DNA from: Arenicellales bacterium
GTDB lineage: Bacteria; Pseudomonadota; Gammaproteobacteria; Arenicellales; JAJDZL01
Direction: 5' to 3'
DNA length: 64,000 bases
Assembly (NCBI GenBank): GCA_965202855.1
Contig: CBDBBP010000001.1
Location: forward strand, 1,125,649-1,189,648
Both the position numbers and the translations under genes were made by a program. The notes under the pieces are model-generated. The model had not been told where the DNA came from, did not search any database, and worked only from the letters and a program-made list of their open reading frames with translations. This document shows positions 18,773 to 29,307 of the stretch, piece by piece. Position 1 is the first letter of the stretch. Each line of letters starts with the position of its first letter.

Positions 18773-19828
18773 TTAAATGGCTTGTTCAACAAAAGCGTTT
18801 TCTAGTTCGTGTTGGTAAGCAAAGATACTGGGAGTTCCACCGGTGTGGATAAACATCACATTTTCGTCCGGTGCCGCTCGTTGGACATAATCAAGAAAAG
18901 CCGTTGCAGTTTTGCCCGTGTAGCTCGGATCCAGGACTAGTGCTTCTTGTTGTGCGCAAACTACAATTGTTTGCCACACAATGCTAGATGCCACACCATA
19001 GCCGGGTGCAAAAGATTCGTCCGATAAAATTATGTCGTCATCTGGAATTTCTAGAGGAACTCCAAGCAATTCGGCGATTTCTTGGCAGCGACTTTGAATT
19101 CGAGGTCTCTGCAATTCCTTTTTACGTCGTACGCATACGCCGACCACTTTGATACTTGAGCCTATTGCGCGCAGCCCAAAAAGAAGGCCTGCATGCGTGT
19201 TGCCACTGCCTGAACCAACGAAAATCACATCAATGTTGATTTGTTTCTGTCGAAGCTGCTGATCAATTTCGTACGCTGCAAGAACATAGCCTAGAGCGCC
19301 AAGTGGCTTGTGTCCAGGCGCTAAGGGGATGATATACGGAACACGACCTTGGTTTTTCAGCCGATTTGCAAGGACTCGAAGTCGATTGTCCGCTTCGGCT
19401 TCATTCTCGCCTTCGCTGAAATAGTGCAATTTTGCCCCAAACAATCGGTTTAATAGCACATTGCCTGAAGTCTTGTAATCTTTCGATGGGTTGGAAACTC
19501 TAGATTCAAGTTGAATGTGGCATTGCATGCCCAATCGTGCGGCATAGGCTGCAGTCAGCCGCACAAAGTTTGACTGCACTGCACCTGTGATTAAAACAGT
19601 GTCGGCTTTCTTTTCGATTGCCTCGCCAAAATAGAATTCCAACTGCCGTACTTTGTTGCCGCCGAAGCCAAGATGATTGCAGTCATCCCGCTTGACGTAC
19701 AACTGAGTGCCATTGTATTGCTTGGAAAGATTGCCGAGAAATTCAATCGACGTTGGCTCGTCGTGAAATACACAGCGAGGAAAAGCAAGCAGCTGATTTA
19801 GAACTGATTTTGGATCGACGCTGTTCAC
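18773..19828 (-). CDS. PLP-dependent D-cysteine desulfhydrase / ACC deaminase family enzyme
   Basis: LYVKRDDCNHLGFGGNKVRQLEFY (PLP lysine motif), GAVQSNFVRLTAAYAARLG, GSGSGNTHAGL. Confidence 0.8.
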   Translation of the reverse strand: MNSVDPKSVLNQLLAFPRCVFHDEPTSIEFLGNLSKQYNGTQLYVKRDDCNHLGFGGNKVRQLEFYFGEAIEKKADTVLITGAVQSNFVRLTAAYAARLGMQCHIQLESRVSNPSKDYKTSGNVLLNRLFGAKLHYFSEGENEAEADNRLRVLANRLKNQGRVPYIIPLAPGHKPLGALGYVLAAYEIDQQLRQKQINIDVIFVGSGSGNTHAGLLFGLRAIGSSIKVVGVCVRRKKELQRPRIQSRCQEIAELLGVPLEIPDDDIILSDESFAPGYGVASSIVWQTIVVCAQQEALVLDPSYTGKTATAFLDYVQRAAPDENVMFIHTGGTPSIFAYQHELENAFVEQAI

Positions 19829-19878
19829 GTCTGAAAAAATTCAATTCAGTTGTTTGCACACCGCTAGGCAGCAGCCCG

Positions 19879-22494
19879 TCAGGCAGCGGCCATCTCACGA
19901 TTTCGACGAGTTCTCTGCATCAGGATCACAAGCCCGAGAACAACCACTGCGGGAATATAGAATAGTTCTTTGGGCAGTCGATCAGTTGGCTGTTGAATAT
20001 GATCAAGGACCACCGGTTCATCACCATAGTAGTCAAACATATCACCAATTTTGTCAAATAAGTCTGTTCCAACAAATGGTTCTTCAATTTTCACTTGTCC
20101 ATCTTCCTCAATTACAGTCAGCCCTGCCGAGGACAGACGATTTGCCGCTTCACCGATGTTTCCGAGCGGTACGAGTATAGTCGTGCTTGTGATTTCGCCA
20201 GTATCAAAATCGGGACCACTTACAACAACAGTCATGACTCCGTCAGGTGGAATATCGTCGACGATTTGGTAAACTTTTGCGGGTTCTACCTGTTCATGAG
20301 GTTCTGCTACTCGGTCCAGCCAAAAGCCAGGTCGAAACAGCGTAAAAGCGACTAACAGCAGTAACGCCGACTCCCAGATTTTGTTTCTCGTAAGCATGTA
20401 ACCTTGAGTTGCTGAGGCAAACAGCATCATTGCAATGACAGCTACGACAAACACGAAAATCGCTTTGAGTGGAGCAACTTCGATTAACAGCAAGTCAGTA
20501 TTGAAGATAAATAAGAATGGTAGCAGCGCGGTTCGAATGTCATATGCAAAGCCTTGAATACCGGTTTTGATTGGATCGCCTTTCGATATCGCAGCCGCGG
20601 CGAAGGCTGCGAGTCCCACAGGTGGTGTATCGTCAGCAAGTATCCCAAAATAGAAAACAAACAAGTGTACTGCAATTACTGGCACTACCAAACCATTCTG
20701 TGCTCCGAGCAGCAAAATAACAGGAGCCATTAACGACGATACGACAATGTAATTTGCGGTTGTAGGCAAGCCCATACCCAAAATCAAGCTCATGACCGCA
20801 ACCAGCAGCAGCATGACGATTAAACTGCCACCTGAAAGGAATTCAACGAATTCACCAACGATTTGGTGTGCGCCTGTCAATGAAATGGTTCCAACGATGA
20901 TTCCGGCAGCCCCTGTAGCAACAGCGATCGCAACCATATTGGAAGAGCCTGCAATCATACCGTCCTTCCATTCAATTACACCTTTCATGATTTCGGTTTT
21001 GTAATCTCCCGATTTTCTAAAAAAAGCCTTGATCGGGTGTTGGGTAAGGGCAACGATTGTAATGGCAACCATGGCCCAAAATGCTGACAATGCTGGGGAT
21101 AATCGTTCGATCACGATACTCCAGATCAGAATGACGATAGGAATGACGTAGTACAGTCCCGTTATGGTTGTCTCTCCAGCCCTGGGCAGTTCGGTGATGG
21201 GGGCATCTGGCGCATCGACTTCAAGGTCGGGGCGTTTCGAAGCCAACCAAATGAGATATAGATAAACCGAGGCGCACAAGACAATGACAATAGGGAAGGC
21301 TGCGTCAGCAAATACATCTTTAACCCAACCTAGACCAAAATATACGAGTATCCCTAGAATTGCGATCCCAATAAAACCGCCTAGAAAACCAATGATTTTC
21401 GACATGAAGGTGAGAGACGACGGTGGTTTTGGCAGACCTTTCAAATTGAGTTTGAGAGCTTCCAAATGCACGATGTAGACCAACGCAATATAGGAAACCA
21501 GCGCAGGCACCAAGGCATGTTTGATGATGTCGGTATAGTTGATACCGGTAAATTCAGCGATTAAAAATGCTGCAGCTCCCATGACTGGCGGTGTCAGCTG
21601 GCCGTTAGTCGATGAAGCGACTTCCACTGCACCCGCTTTCTCGGCCGTTAATCCGGTACGCTTCATCAATGGAATCGTAAAAGTGCCTGTTGTCACCGTA
21701 TTCGCGATGGATGAACCAGAGTACATGCCACTCAATGCAGAAGCCATAACCGCCGCTTTCGCAGGGCCTCCCTTCAAATGACCAAGCAGCGCGAACGCGA
21801 CTTTAATGAAAAAATTACCCGCTCCAGATTTTTCCAAAATTGACCCAAACAATACGAAGAGAAAGATTAGAGATGCAGAGACTCCTAAGGCAACGCCAAA
21901 CACTCCTTCATTTTGCATCCAATAGTGCCACATGGCTTTGCCAAAAGATGCACCTTTCCACTGTACAGTTTCGGGCAAATATTCGGAGTGTCCAAAAAAT
22001 ACGTAACACACAAAAACCGATGCTACGATCAGCAGTGGCAACCCGAGTGCTCGATACACAGTAATGCCGAGAACAATCATGCCAATGGATGAAATGACCA
22101 AATCGCCCGTTGTAGGAAGACCGGCGCGTACTGCGATTTCGTTACGAAGGACCACAATGTACAAGCATGATAGAACTCCAAATGCAACAAGAAGCCAGTC
22201 ATACCAGGGAATACGGTTCTTTGGACTGGATTTGAATAGCGGAAACGACATCGTGGCTAATACGAATGCAAAAGCCAAATGAATCAAACGTGCATTCGCA
22301 CTCGTAACGACGAGGGGAATTCCGAACAACTCCGTGAAAAAGAAGGGCAAATTTGAAGATATGTAAATCTGGAATACAGCCCATAAGAATGCGATGACAA
22401 TGATCATCTGACCTTGCCAGCCAATTGGTTTTCTTGAGCCTGTATCGACGTTTGCTAATAATTCTTCAGCAGATTGTTGGGTTTTTTCATTCAT
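19879..22494 (-). CDS. TRAP transporter fused permease (TAXI-type, DctQM-like, with C-terminal DUF3394-like extension)
   Basis: ~20 hydrophobic segments and motifs typical of TAXI-associated fused permeases. Probable start MNEKTQQ at 22494; the listed ORF start at 22578 runs through the upstream terminator. Confidence 0.85.
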   Translation of the reverse strand: MNEKTQQSAEELLANVDTGSRKPIGWQGQMIIVIAFLWAVFQIYISSNLPFFFTELFGIPLVVTSANARLIHLAFAFVLATMSFPLFKSSPKNRIPWYDWLLVAFGVLSCLYIVVLRNEIAVRAGLPTTGDLVISSIGMIVLGITVYRALGLPLLIVASVFVCYVFFGHSEYLPETVQWKGASFGKAMWHYWMQNEGVFGVALGVSASLIFLFVLFGSILEKSGAGNFFIKVAFALLGHLKGGPAKAAVMASALSGMYSGSSIANTVTTGTFTIPLMKRTGLTAEKAGAVEVASSTNGQLTPPVMGAAAFLIAEFTGINYTDIIKHALVPALVSYIALVYIVHLEALKLNLKGLPKPPSSLTFMSKIIGFLGGFIGIAILGILVYFGLGWVKDVFADAAFPIVIVLCASVYLYLIWLASKRPDLEVDAPDAPITELPRAGETTITGLYYVIPIVILIWSIVIERLSPALSAFWAMVAITIVALTQHPIKAFFRKSGDYKTEIMKGVIEWKDGMIAGSSNMVAIAVATGAAGIIVGTISLTGAHQIVGEFVEFLSGGSLIVMLLLVAVMSLILGMGLPTTANYIVVSSLMAPVILLLGAQNGLVVPVIAVHLFVFYFGILADDTPPVGLAAFAAAAISKGDPIKTGIQGFAYDIRTALLPFLFIFNTDLLLIEVAPLKAIFVFVVAVIAMMLFASATQGYMLTRNKIWESALLLLVAFTLFRPGFWLDRVAEPHEQVEPAKVYQIVDDIPPDGVMTVVVSGPDFDTGEITSTTILVPLGNIGEAANRLSSAGLTVIEEDGQVKIEEPFVGTDLFDKIGDMFDYYGDEPVVLDHIQQPTDRLPKELFYIPAVVVLGLVILMQRTRRNREMAAA

Positions 22495-22544
22495 GTCCGA
22501 TGTCCTAATTTTTCTCGCACTTGGGAATAGTCTAAATTCTAAAC

Positions 22545-22570
22545 AAAAAAAGGGAGAGCGCCGCTCTCCC
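22545..22570 (-). terminator. intrinsic terminator/attenuator between the TRAP SBP and permease genes
   Basis: GGGAGAGC-GCC-GCTCTCCC stem (22552-22570), followed on the minus strand by T7 (A-run 22545-22551). Confidence 0.6.
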
Positions 22571-22588
22571 TTTTTCAATGGTTAATAA

Positions 22589-23557
22589 TTACATCCAGCC
22601 TCTTTCTTTGTAGTACCTTGCGGCACCATCATGTAATGGAGCTGACAGAGAATCGGAGATCATCTCTTCCGGTTTCAAATTGGCAAATGCCGGATGAAGT
22701 TTCTTGAAGTTATCGATATTTTCGAAAACTGCCTTGACAACGATGTAAACAACATCGGCGGGAACATCAGCGCTGGAGACAAAGGTTGCGCCTACACCGA
22801 ATGTATTGATGTCCGCTTCGTTGTTGTACATTCCAGCAGGAATGGTCGCAGTTCGATAATAGGAGTTATCTGCGACTAACTTATCAATTTCTGCGCCGGT
22901 CGCATTTACGAGATGTGACGGGCAAGTCGAAAGTGATTCTTGAGTCAATGCTGATGGATGTCCGACGAGCCAGAAATAAGCATCAATCTTACCGTCACAA
23001 ACTGCTTGTCCAGTTTCAGCTGACTTCATTTCAGCGGCGAGTTTTAAATCACTTCGCTGCCATCCCATAGCTTCTTCGATCACTTCCCAAGTACCGCGGG
23101 TGCCAGAACCTGGATTGCCGATATTGACTCTTTTGCCTTTTAAATCGGTGATATTCGAAATACCAGAGTCATCATGTGCGATGATTGTTACTGGTTCTGG
23201 GTGAACGGAGAAAACGGCTCGGAGATTTTCAAATTTTCCTTTGTCTTCAAATTTGGAAGTGCCGTGAAAGGCATGAAATTGCCAATCAGACTGTGCTACG
23301 CCAAATTCAAGCTCACCACTACGAATGGTATTGATGTTGTAGATAGAACCGCCAGTGGACTCAGCAGAACAACGAATCCCGTGCTCTTTTCTATCCTTAT
23401 TGACGAGCCGACAGATGGCTCCTCCGGTAGGATAGTACACTCCTGTCACACCACCTGTTCCTATGCTTATGAATTGTTGTTGACTTTGAGCCGGTACAAT
23501 GCCAGCTACCAAAGTAGCAAGGAATACAGAGAATATTGCTACAAAAAATTTTTTCAT
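22589..23557 (-). CDS. TAXI-family TRAP transporter solute-binding subunit
   Basis: Signal peptide MKKFFVAIFSVFLATLVAGIVPAQS, then ISIGTGGVTGVYYPTGGAICRLVN, the hallmark TAXI motif. Start chosen at 23557. Confidence 0.85.
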   Translation of the reverse strand: MKKFFVAIFSVFLATLVAGIVPAQSQQQFISIGTGGVTGVYYPTGGAICRLVNKDRKEHGIRCSAESTGGSIYNINTIRSGELEFGVAQSDWQFHAFHGTSKFEDKGKFENLRAVFSVHPEPVTIIAHDDSGISNITDLKGKRVNIGNPGSGTRGTWEVIEEAMGWQRSDLKLAAEMKSAETGQAVCDGKIDAYFWLVGHPSALTQESLSTCPSHLVNATGAEIDKLVADNSYYRTATIPAGMYNNEADINTFGVGATFVSSADVPADVVYIVVKAVFENIDNFKKLHPAFANLKPEEMISDSLSAPLHDGAARYYKERGWM

Positions 23558-23661
23558 GTTTATTTTCCTGATTAAGAAAGTTAGACTACCAAAACAATAA
23601 AATTTATACAAAGTATATAACTGAAATTTATTTCCCAAATTGAATTTCACGTATGGAATCT

Positions 23662-25326
23662 TCAGTTCGTCACATACCAATTTTCAACCCACAAAGTCGT
23701 GGTTGACGAATTTCCCGTCGGTTCAATTCCATTCAACCACTTGGGAATGATGTACGGACTAGCCCGATAATACAGGGGCAGAGCAGGTAGGTCTTCTGAA
23801 TATCGATGCTGAATTTTTGCCCAAATTTGGTCTCGCTCCTTTTCATTTAAAGTCACTTCAACGGTATCAATCAATGTGTCCATCTCATCGTTCCGATATC
23901 CTGGATAATTGCTGCCCACCCAATTGTTCGATTCCGCTGGAATTTCAGTTGAATGAAGTGTTGTTCTCGGTGAAGCATTGGGGTCGCTGACCCATGCATA
24001 CATGGCGAGACCTGAAAACAGCCGCTTGGCTACTGTTTCACCAAAGAATACGCGTGCTGGTTGATTTTGAATGATGACTTCTATTCCAACTTCGTTCCAT
24101 TGACTTTGCAGAATTTGTTGAATTGATTCTCGGATGCGTGAACCCGCAGTTGTACCAAATTCCAGACGTAAGGGCTCCCCTTGAATATTGTGTCGAACGC
24201 CATCATTGATTTCCGTCCATCCAGCAGCTTCGAGCAGTTGAATTGCTAATTCAGGATCATACTCATATTTTGGAAGATTTGGATTGTAGTACGTATTTAA
24301 AGGGACTATGAATCCGTCTGCAACGGGCTGGTGACCACCAAAAAATTGATCAGATATCAACTGTCGATCAGCTGCATGCAACAGAGCTTTGCGAACTCGA
24401 TGGTCCGCAAAAATTGGGTTGTCTAAATTTAGATCGATATGTTCATAAATTAGACCTGAACGGAATATGTAATTGTAGTCATCCGGATGTCGACTCTGAA
24501 TATTAATGGCTTGATCTATCGTTACCCCCAATAAACCCGAGATGTAGTCAATTGATCCCGACAATAGATTGGCTTCCAAAGCTGCGGTGTTTTCAATGAT
24601 ACGAAGCACTATCTTCTTGAAATGGGGGTCTTTTCCCCACCAAGTTGTATTTTTGACAAACTCGATATAAGCACCGGGTTCAATTTTGGAAATACGATAC
24701 GGACCGAAATAAAGACCCGGCAGCAAAGAATCATTGTCGTACGCATTTCGAGTTCGGTAGTTGCTGGGTTCAGAAAAATTTGGGCGATCTATATGTTCAG
24801 GAATCAGATATAGTCCGAGTTCGTTATAGTTGAATTCGACTCGGTCCAGATACAGCGTGAAAGTCTTGTCATCTATCGCCTCTACCGATAGGATTCTGCG
24901 GTAAAATTCTGCTCCGAGCACTCCGCTTTCTGGATTTTTTCCAACTTCAATTGTGTATGCCACATCTTTCGTTGTTACGGGAGTGCCATCTCCCCAACGA
25001 GCATCAGGCTGCAGCGAATAGGTAACAGCTATGCCTTGTTTACCATCGCCTAAATCGGTTAAAACAGCCCCTCCGTTTTCAATTGTCGGTAATTCAGTAC
25101 ACAACAAGCAAACAAGTTCCCAGTCTGCGTCGTATGTGGTGATTGGTCTCATTGTAAGATTCAAAGCAAAATACTTTGCCAGCATCGCCTCAAAATTGGG
25201 ATGAAACGACGCTGGATATTGTGTCATGCCAATGACTAGAGTATCTTTATCTTTTGCTAAAGTCAGATTTGAAACGAAAACAAAAATTACGATAGCAATA
25301 ATGCAGCGAGTGAGGTGGAAAAGCAT
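23662..25326 (-). CDS. ABC transporter substrate-binding protein, family 5 (peptide/nickel type), orphan
   Basis: 554 aa, signal peptide, overall OppA/DppA-like pattern (LVIGMTQYPASFHP..., YFGPYRISKIEPG...). No permease or ATPase genes adjacent. Confidence 0.75.
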   Translation of the reverse strand: MLFHLTRCIIAIVIFVFVSNLTLAKDKDTLVIGMTQYPASFHPNFEAMLAKYFALNLTMRPITTYDADWELVCLLCTELPTIENGGAVLTDLGDGKQGIAVTYSLQPDARWGDGTPVTTKDVAYTIEVGKNPESGVLGAEFYRRILSVEAIDDKTFTLYLDRVEFNYNELGLYLIPEHIDRPNFSEPSNYRTRNAYDNDSLLPGLYFGPYRISKIEPGAYIEFVKNTTWWGKDPHFKKIVLRIIENTAALEANLLSGSIDYISGLLGVTIDQAINIQSRHPDDYNYIFRSGLIYEHIDLNLDNPIFADHRVRKALLHAADRQLISDQFFGGHQPVADGFIVPLNTYYNPNLPKYEYDPELAIQLLEAAGWTEINDGVRHNIQGEPLRLEFGTTAGSRIRESIQQILQSQWNEVGIEVIIQNQPARVFFGETVAKRLFSGLAMYAWVSDPNASPRTTLHSTEIPAESNNWVGSNYPGYRNDEMDTLIDTVEVTLNEKERDQIWAKIQHRYSEDLPALPLYYRASPYIIPKWLNGIEPTGNSSTTTLWVENWYVTN

Positions 25327-25415
25327 TGCAGTTACCTTTTTGAACTAAAGTATTGGGAAATGTGTTTAGTTTCAGATTATATAGATTGGACGTTGCTTTT
25401 AACTTTGTTCGGAAG

Positions 25416-26363
25416 ATGTTGAAACCGAAAATCAAAATTGGAGTCAGTCTCTGTCTGCTAGGTGAACGCGTTCGCTACAACGGTGGACATAAATTCGACC
25501 GTCTGATCAGCGATGTTTTCGCTTCTACTTTGGACTTGTTGCCGATTTGTCCAGAAGTAGAAATTGGAATGGGAGTACCGAGACTTCCGATTCATCTCGT
25601 TCGCGATGGAGAGGAAGTGAAAGCAGTCAGCGTTGACAACGAAATCAAGGATTTCAGCGGTTCGCTTCAGTCATTTGCCATCGCAAGAAAACATCAACTG
25701 TCTTTACTTAGCGGTTATGTATTCAAAGCTAAATCTCCGAGTTGCGGACTGACGGATGTGCCCATCATCGACAGTCAGAAAAATAATGTGATGAAGTTTG
25801 GATCAGGGATTTTCGCGAAGGGCGTTCGAGATTTGGTTCCTGCTCTGCCCGTTGAAGACGAGATTCGACTGAACGACTGGAATGTATTTCACAATTTTAT
25901 GGAGCGAGTTCAGATATTTAATGATTGGCAGTCACTAGACAAGCGAAATGATCAGCATAGAGCTAAATTTCATCGAAATGCTTGTATTCATGTGCTAGCT
26001 CGAGGGCAAGACTATGTTGAAGTACTCAACGGCATGTATCTGAAGAAGCAATCTCAGTTCTCGTTAACAAATAATTGTGACTACATCGCATGGTTGATGC
26101 AAATTTTGTGCGTAATTCCGTCTCGAATGGGTCATGCGAGGGCAATGAGATACGAAATGTGTTCGGGCAAGTATCAATTGTCCCCCAAGGAGTCTGAAGA
26201 AGCATTCCAGAAAATTGAATTTTTTGAGAACCGCGATACCGAGCTGGATCAGCTCCTTGTTAGAATTTACGAAAGTCCTTGGCATAATCGGAATATTTCG
26301 AGCTACATTAATCCGTATCCGTGTAAGGTGCTGTTATCCGCAATAAAGCACTTCAACGACTAA
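25416..26363 (+). CDS. DUF523 (TudS-like) + DUF1722 two-domain protein (YbgA-like)
   Basis: IKIGVSLCLLGERVRYNGGHK...LPICPEVEIGMGVPR is the DUF523 Cys motif. The C-terminal helical half resembles DUF1722. Start chosen at MLKPKIK. Confidence 0.7.
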   Translation: MLKPKIKIGVSLCLLGERVRYNGGHKFDRLISDVFASTLDLLPICPEVEIGMGVPRLPIHLVRDGEEVKAVSVDNEIKDFSGSLQSFAIARKHQLSLLSGYVFKAKSPSCGLTDVPIIDSQKNNVMKFGSGIFAKGVRDLVPALPVEDEIRLNDWNVFHNFMERVQIFNDWQSLDKRNDQHRAKFHRNACIHVLARGQDYVEVLNGMYLKKQSQFSLTNNCDYIAWLMQILCVIPSRMGHARAMRYEMCSGKYQLSPKESEEAFQKIEFFENRDTELDQLLVRIYESPWHNRNISSYINPYPCKVLLSAIKHFND

Positions 26364-27011
26364 CCGGATAAACGAATGGTCTTGAGTGCAACCTTCTCGG
26401 GTTATACCACGATTCTATTTTACGGATAACTTGACGTCTAAGCACCTGGGCTGACTTCAACGAATCCGTCGACAACACGCTTTCGCGCTTCAACGTCGCA
26501 AACCAGGACTCCGCCTGTGCATTGTCATAATAGTCGCCGACACTGCCCATCGACTGCTTGATCTCATGCGCTCGACATAAGGCCTGAAACGCCTTCGTAC
26601 CATACTGTGTGCCTTGATCCGAATGGTGAATCACACCTTTGCAACGCCGACCTCGAAGCACCATCCGCAAGGCCTGGCTCATCAAACCGAAATCTTGGCA
26701 GGTCTTAATTGACCAACCCAAAATACGCCGACTGCAAGCGTCCTGCACCACCGCCAGATACAGCGTGCCGTCCAATGTAAACAGATAGGTCGCATCGGCT
26801 AGCCACAGCTGATCCGGCTCGGCAACGTCAAACTGATGCTAGACTTGATCCTCGATCCCATGCGCCCGAGCCCCGCGACGGGTGCTCTGCACATACATTT
26901 TCGGCACCGACGTCGACAGACAGGCTTCTCACATCAAACGCGCACTCGATTCATGCTCACCTTGACGCCAATTATGCGCAACTGAGCCGCCACGTGGGTC
27001 GCACCATAGGT
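26353..27011 (-). pseudogene. IS3-family transposase OrfB (rve integrase core) remnant, 5' end cut by IS110 insertion
   Basis: DGTLYLAVVQDACSRRILGWS...HHSDQGTQYGTKAFQALC...GDYYDNAQAESWFATLKRE...WYNPRRLHS (DDE/rve motifs). Upstream piece YGATHVAAQLRIIGVKVSMNRVRV is in another frame with stops. Confidence 0.75.
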
Positions 27012-27345
27012 CCTATACCATTTAGAGATAGCCAAATTGTCGCAATCATTGTCGACAATGATTGCGACAATTTGAAGTTGCTGGCAAGCGGTTGGGAGCG
27101 CCAACCAGATGATGTATCTTTGAATGCCGAGTATGGACTTGTGCTTCGACCGCCGACCGTCATGAAGATTTCCTGTAGTAAGTTTGTGTCGTTGAGCACC
27201 CGTATAGGTACCGAAACAACATGGCGACAGCCAGCACTTCACCATGATCATGGGTTTGAGGAGGATTGATCAAGGAACACAGACGATTTGGTTGATGGGA
27301 ATCAACTGGGGACGGCGACATCACCAGGCATATGTGATGGATGCC
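27012..27345 (+). mobile_element. truncated older IS110 copy: left end plus first ~26 transposase codons
   Basis: Alignable base-by-base, with many substitutions, to 27346-27688, including ...GGTTTGAGGAGG...TGGTTGATGGGAATCAACTGGGGACGGCGACATCACCAGGCATATGTGATGGATGCC. Confidence 0.65.
27033..27074. repeat. perfect 42-bp palindrome (21-bp arms, no spacer)
   Basis: CAAATTGTCGCAATCATTGTC|GACAATGATTGCGACAATTTG, verified by reverse-complementing. The homologous position in the neighbouring copy (about 27365-27412, centre GTTAAC) is an imperfect palindrome of different sequence. Confidence 0.95.
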
Positions 27346-27426
27346 AATATCATTAGAGATAGAGATCGCCGAATAGCCGTAGTATTTGTTAACGATTATT
27401 ACGACGATCTTCAGTTGCTGGCAGGC

Positions 27427-27545
27427 GGTCGGGAGCACCAACTAGGTAATGTATCTTTGAATACCGAAAATGGACTTGTGCCCCGACCGCCGACCGCCAC
27501 GAAAAATTCCTGTAGTAAGTTTGTGCCGTTGAGCACCCGTATAGG
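27427..27545 (+). ncRNA. candidate IS110 bridge-RNA-like non-coding module (copy 3)
   Basis: Homologous to 7580-7705. The variable positions AAATGGACTT (27468-27477) and GTAGTAAGT (27512-27520) match the orphan junction at 30368-30382. Confidence 0.4.
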
Positions 27546-27608
27546 AACTGAATTGAACATGGCGACAGCCAGCATTTGACCATTGTAATAGGTTTGAGGA
27601 GGATGAAG

Positions 27609-28889
27609 ATGATGGAATCGAAGACGACTTGGTTGATGGGAATTGACTGGGGACGGCAACATCACCAGGCATGCGTGATGGATGCCGATGGCAAGGTGGC
27701 CGACAATCAAAGTTTCGTTCACAGCGGTGACGGTCTGACGCAGATGGCGCAATGGTGCCTGCAGCTCACCGCCAGCGAGCCGAGTGCGGTGCGTGTCGGC
27801 ATTGAGACCCCGCACGGAGCAGTGGTGACGACTTTACTGAATTACGGATTCGAAGTGTATAGCATCAATCCTTTGCAGTCGAATCGATTTCGAGACCGAC
27901 ATTCACCGGCCGGGGCCAAGGATGACCGCCGCGACGCCTGGGTGCTGGCGGATGCGCTGCGAACTGATCTGAGCGCGTTTCGTCAGCTGTCGGCAAAAGA
28001 CGAGCAGCAGTCGCGTTTATTTCAATTGCTGCGTGATTACAGCCAGTTGGTCGACATGCGAATTCAGTTAAGCAATCGGATCGGCGATTTATGGTGTGAA
28101 TACTATCCGCAATTTCTGCAGGTGAGCAACACTTTGACTGCGGGATGGGCGCTGGCGCTGTGGAAGCGGGTGCCGACTCCACAGAAAGCGCAGCGCATTC
28201 ACCTTGGCAGTGTTGAAAAACTGCTGCGGCAGCATCGGGTGCGCGCGAAAAGTGCCGAGCAGATCCTTGACATTTTGCGTCAGCCGGCATTATTGGTATC
28301 GGCGGCTGAGGTCGACACTAAGACTGAATCGGTCAAAATTTGGGTGAAGATGCTCGAACAAATCCAACGAGATATCAAGCTCATCGAAAAGAAAATGGAC
28401 CGCTGTCTGCAGCAGCTGGATCAATCCGACGTGGCGGCCCTGGCGAGTGAGCCGCAGTCGCAGTCGGAAACCTCCAGACCCAGCGATATTGCCATCGTAC
28501 AGTCCATGCCGGGAGTCGGTCGCATCGTCGCCGTCACCTTGGTGGCAAAAGCCGGTGCTGCGCTGCGAGATCGGAATCATGGCGCCTTGCGCTGTCAGTG
28601 TGGCGTGGCTCCGGTGACGCAGCGCTCGGGCAAGAGCTATCGGGTGCAACGGCGACGGGCGGCTGATCGCCAGTTATGCGAAGCCGCCTATCACTGGGCG
28701 CGGGTCGCCATCCAGCACGATCCGATCAGTCGTCTCAAATACCGGAGCTTGCGCCAGAAGGGACATCGTCACGCACGAGCCCTGCGATGCGTGGCCGACC
28801 GTCTGCTGCTGGTGCTCTGTGCAATGCTGCGTGACGGCACCTTGTTTCAGAAAAGCACGGAGCAGGAGGCCGCTCTGCGCATCGCTTGA
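27609..28889 (+). CDS. IS110-family transposase, full length
   Basis: WLMGIDWGRQHHQACVMD, SMPGVGRIVAVTLVAKAG, QCGVAPVTQRSGKS. GAGGAGG SD at 27595-27601. Start could be 27603, 27609 or 27612. Confidence 0.9.
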   Translation: MMESKTTWLMGIDWGRQHHQACVMDADGKVADNQSFVHSGDGLTQMAQWCLQLTASEPSAVRVGIETPHGAVVTTLLNYGFEVYSINPLQSNRFRDRHSPAGAKDDRRDAWVLADALRTDLSAFRQLSAKDEQQSRLFQLLRDYSQLVDMRIQLSNRIGDLWCEYYPQFLQVSNTLTAGWALALWKRVPTPQKAQRIHLGSVEKLLRQHRVRAKSAEQILDILRQPALLVSAAEVDTKTESVKIWVKMLEQIQRDIKLIEKKMDRCLQQLDQSDVAALASEPQSQSETSRPSDIAIVQSMPGVGRIVAVTLVAKAGAALRDRNHGALRCQCGVAPVTQRSGKSYRVQRRRAADRQLCEAAYHWARVAIQHDPISRLKYRSLRQKGHRHARALRCVADRLLLVLCAMLRDGTLFQKSTEQEAALRIA

Positions 28890-29307
28890 AATCCAGGCTG
28901 ACGGCTGCCGAGATTGTGAAAGTTTTTATCAACGGGTCTGGATGATGTTCATTCTAAATCTAGAATCTATTGTTATTCTTGTTTATTTACAGATACGAAC
29001 TTTGAGAACTCATCGAATATTAAAATCCTGTCACAGTGTTTACTGGTTAGAGCCCTGCAGCGGTAACTTGCTTCGATCATATGACGCACGATCTGCTGAC
29101 AGCCTCGCGCGTAAGCATCAGCATAGGCACGACGAGTCGCTCGCTTGCAGTTTCACGCTATTAAGGTCTGCGCCCCAGCTCACAGCCGCAAAACAGGAAA
29201 AATATTGGAACTGCTCACCCGCCTTAAATGGTGAAAGGCGAGTTGTTGGAACTGTTGGTTGATAGGATTTTATTTGGATTGGCCGAACCTTGCCATGGCC
29301 TTGCCGT

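Larger units (their letters stand above)
27346..28941 (+). mobile_element. IS110-family insertion sequence (copy 3); right boundary uncertain
   Basis: Left end starts where similarity to the older copy restarts (AATATCATTAGAGATAG). GC content drops sharply after about 28940. GAAATCCAGGCTGAC after the stop is homologous to GAAATCCGGCTTGAC of copy 2. Confidence 0.55.
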
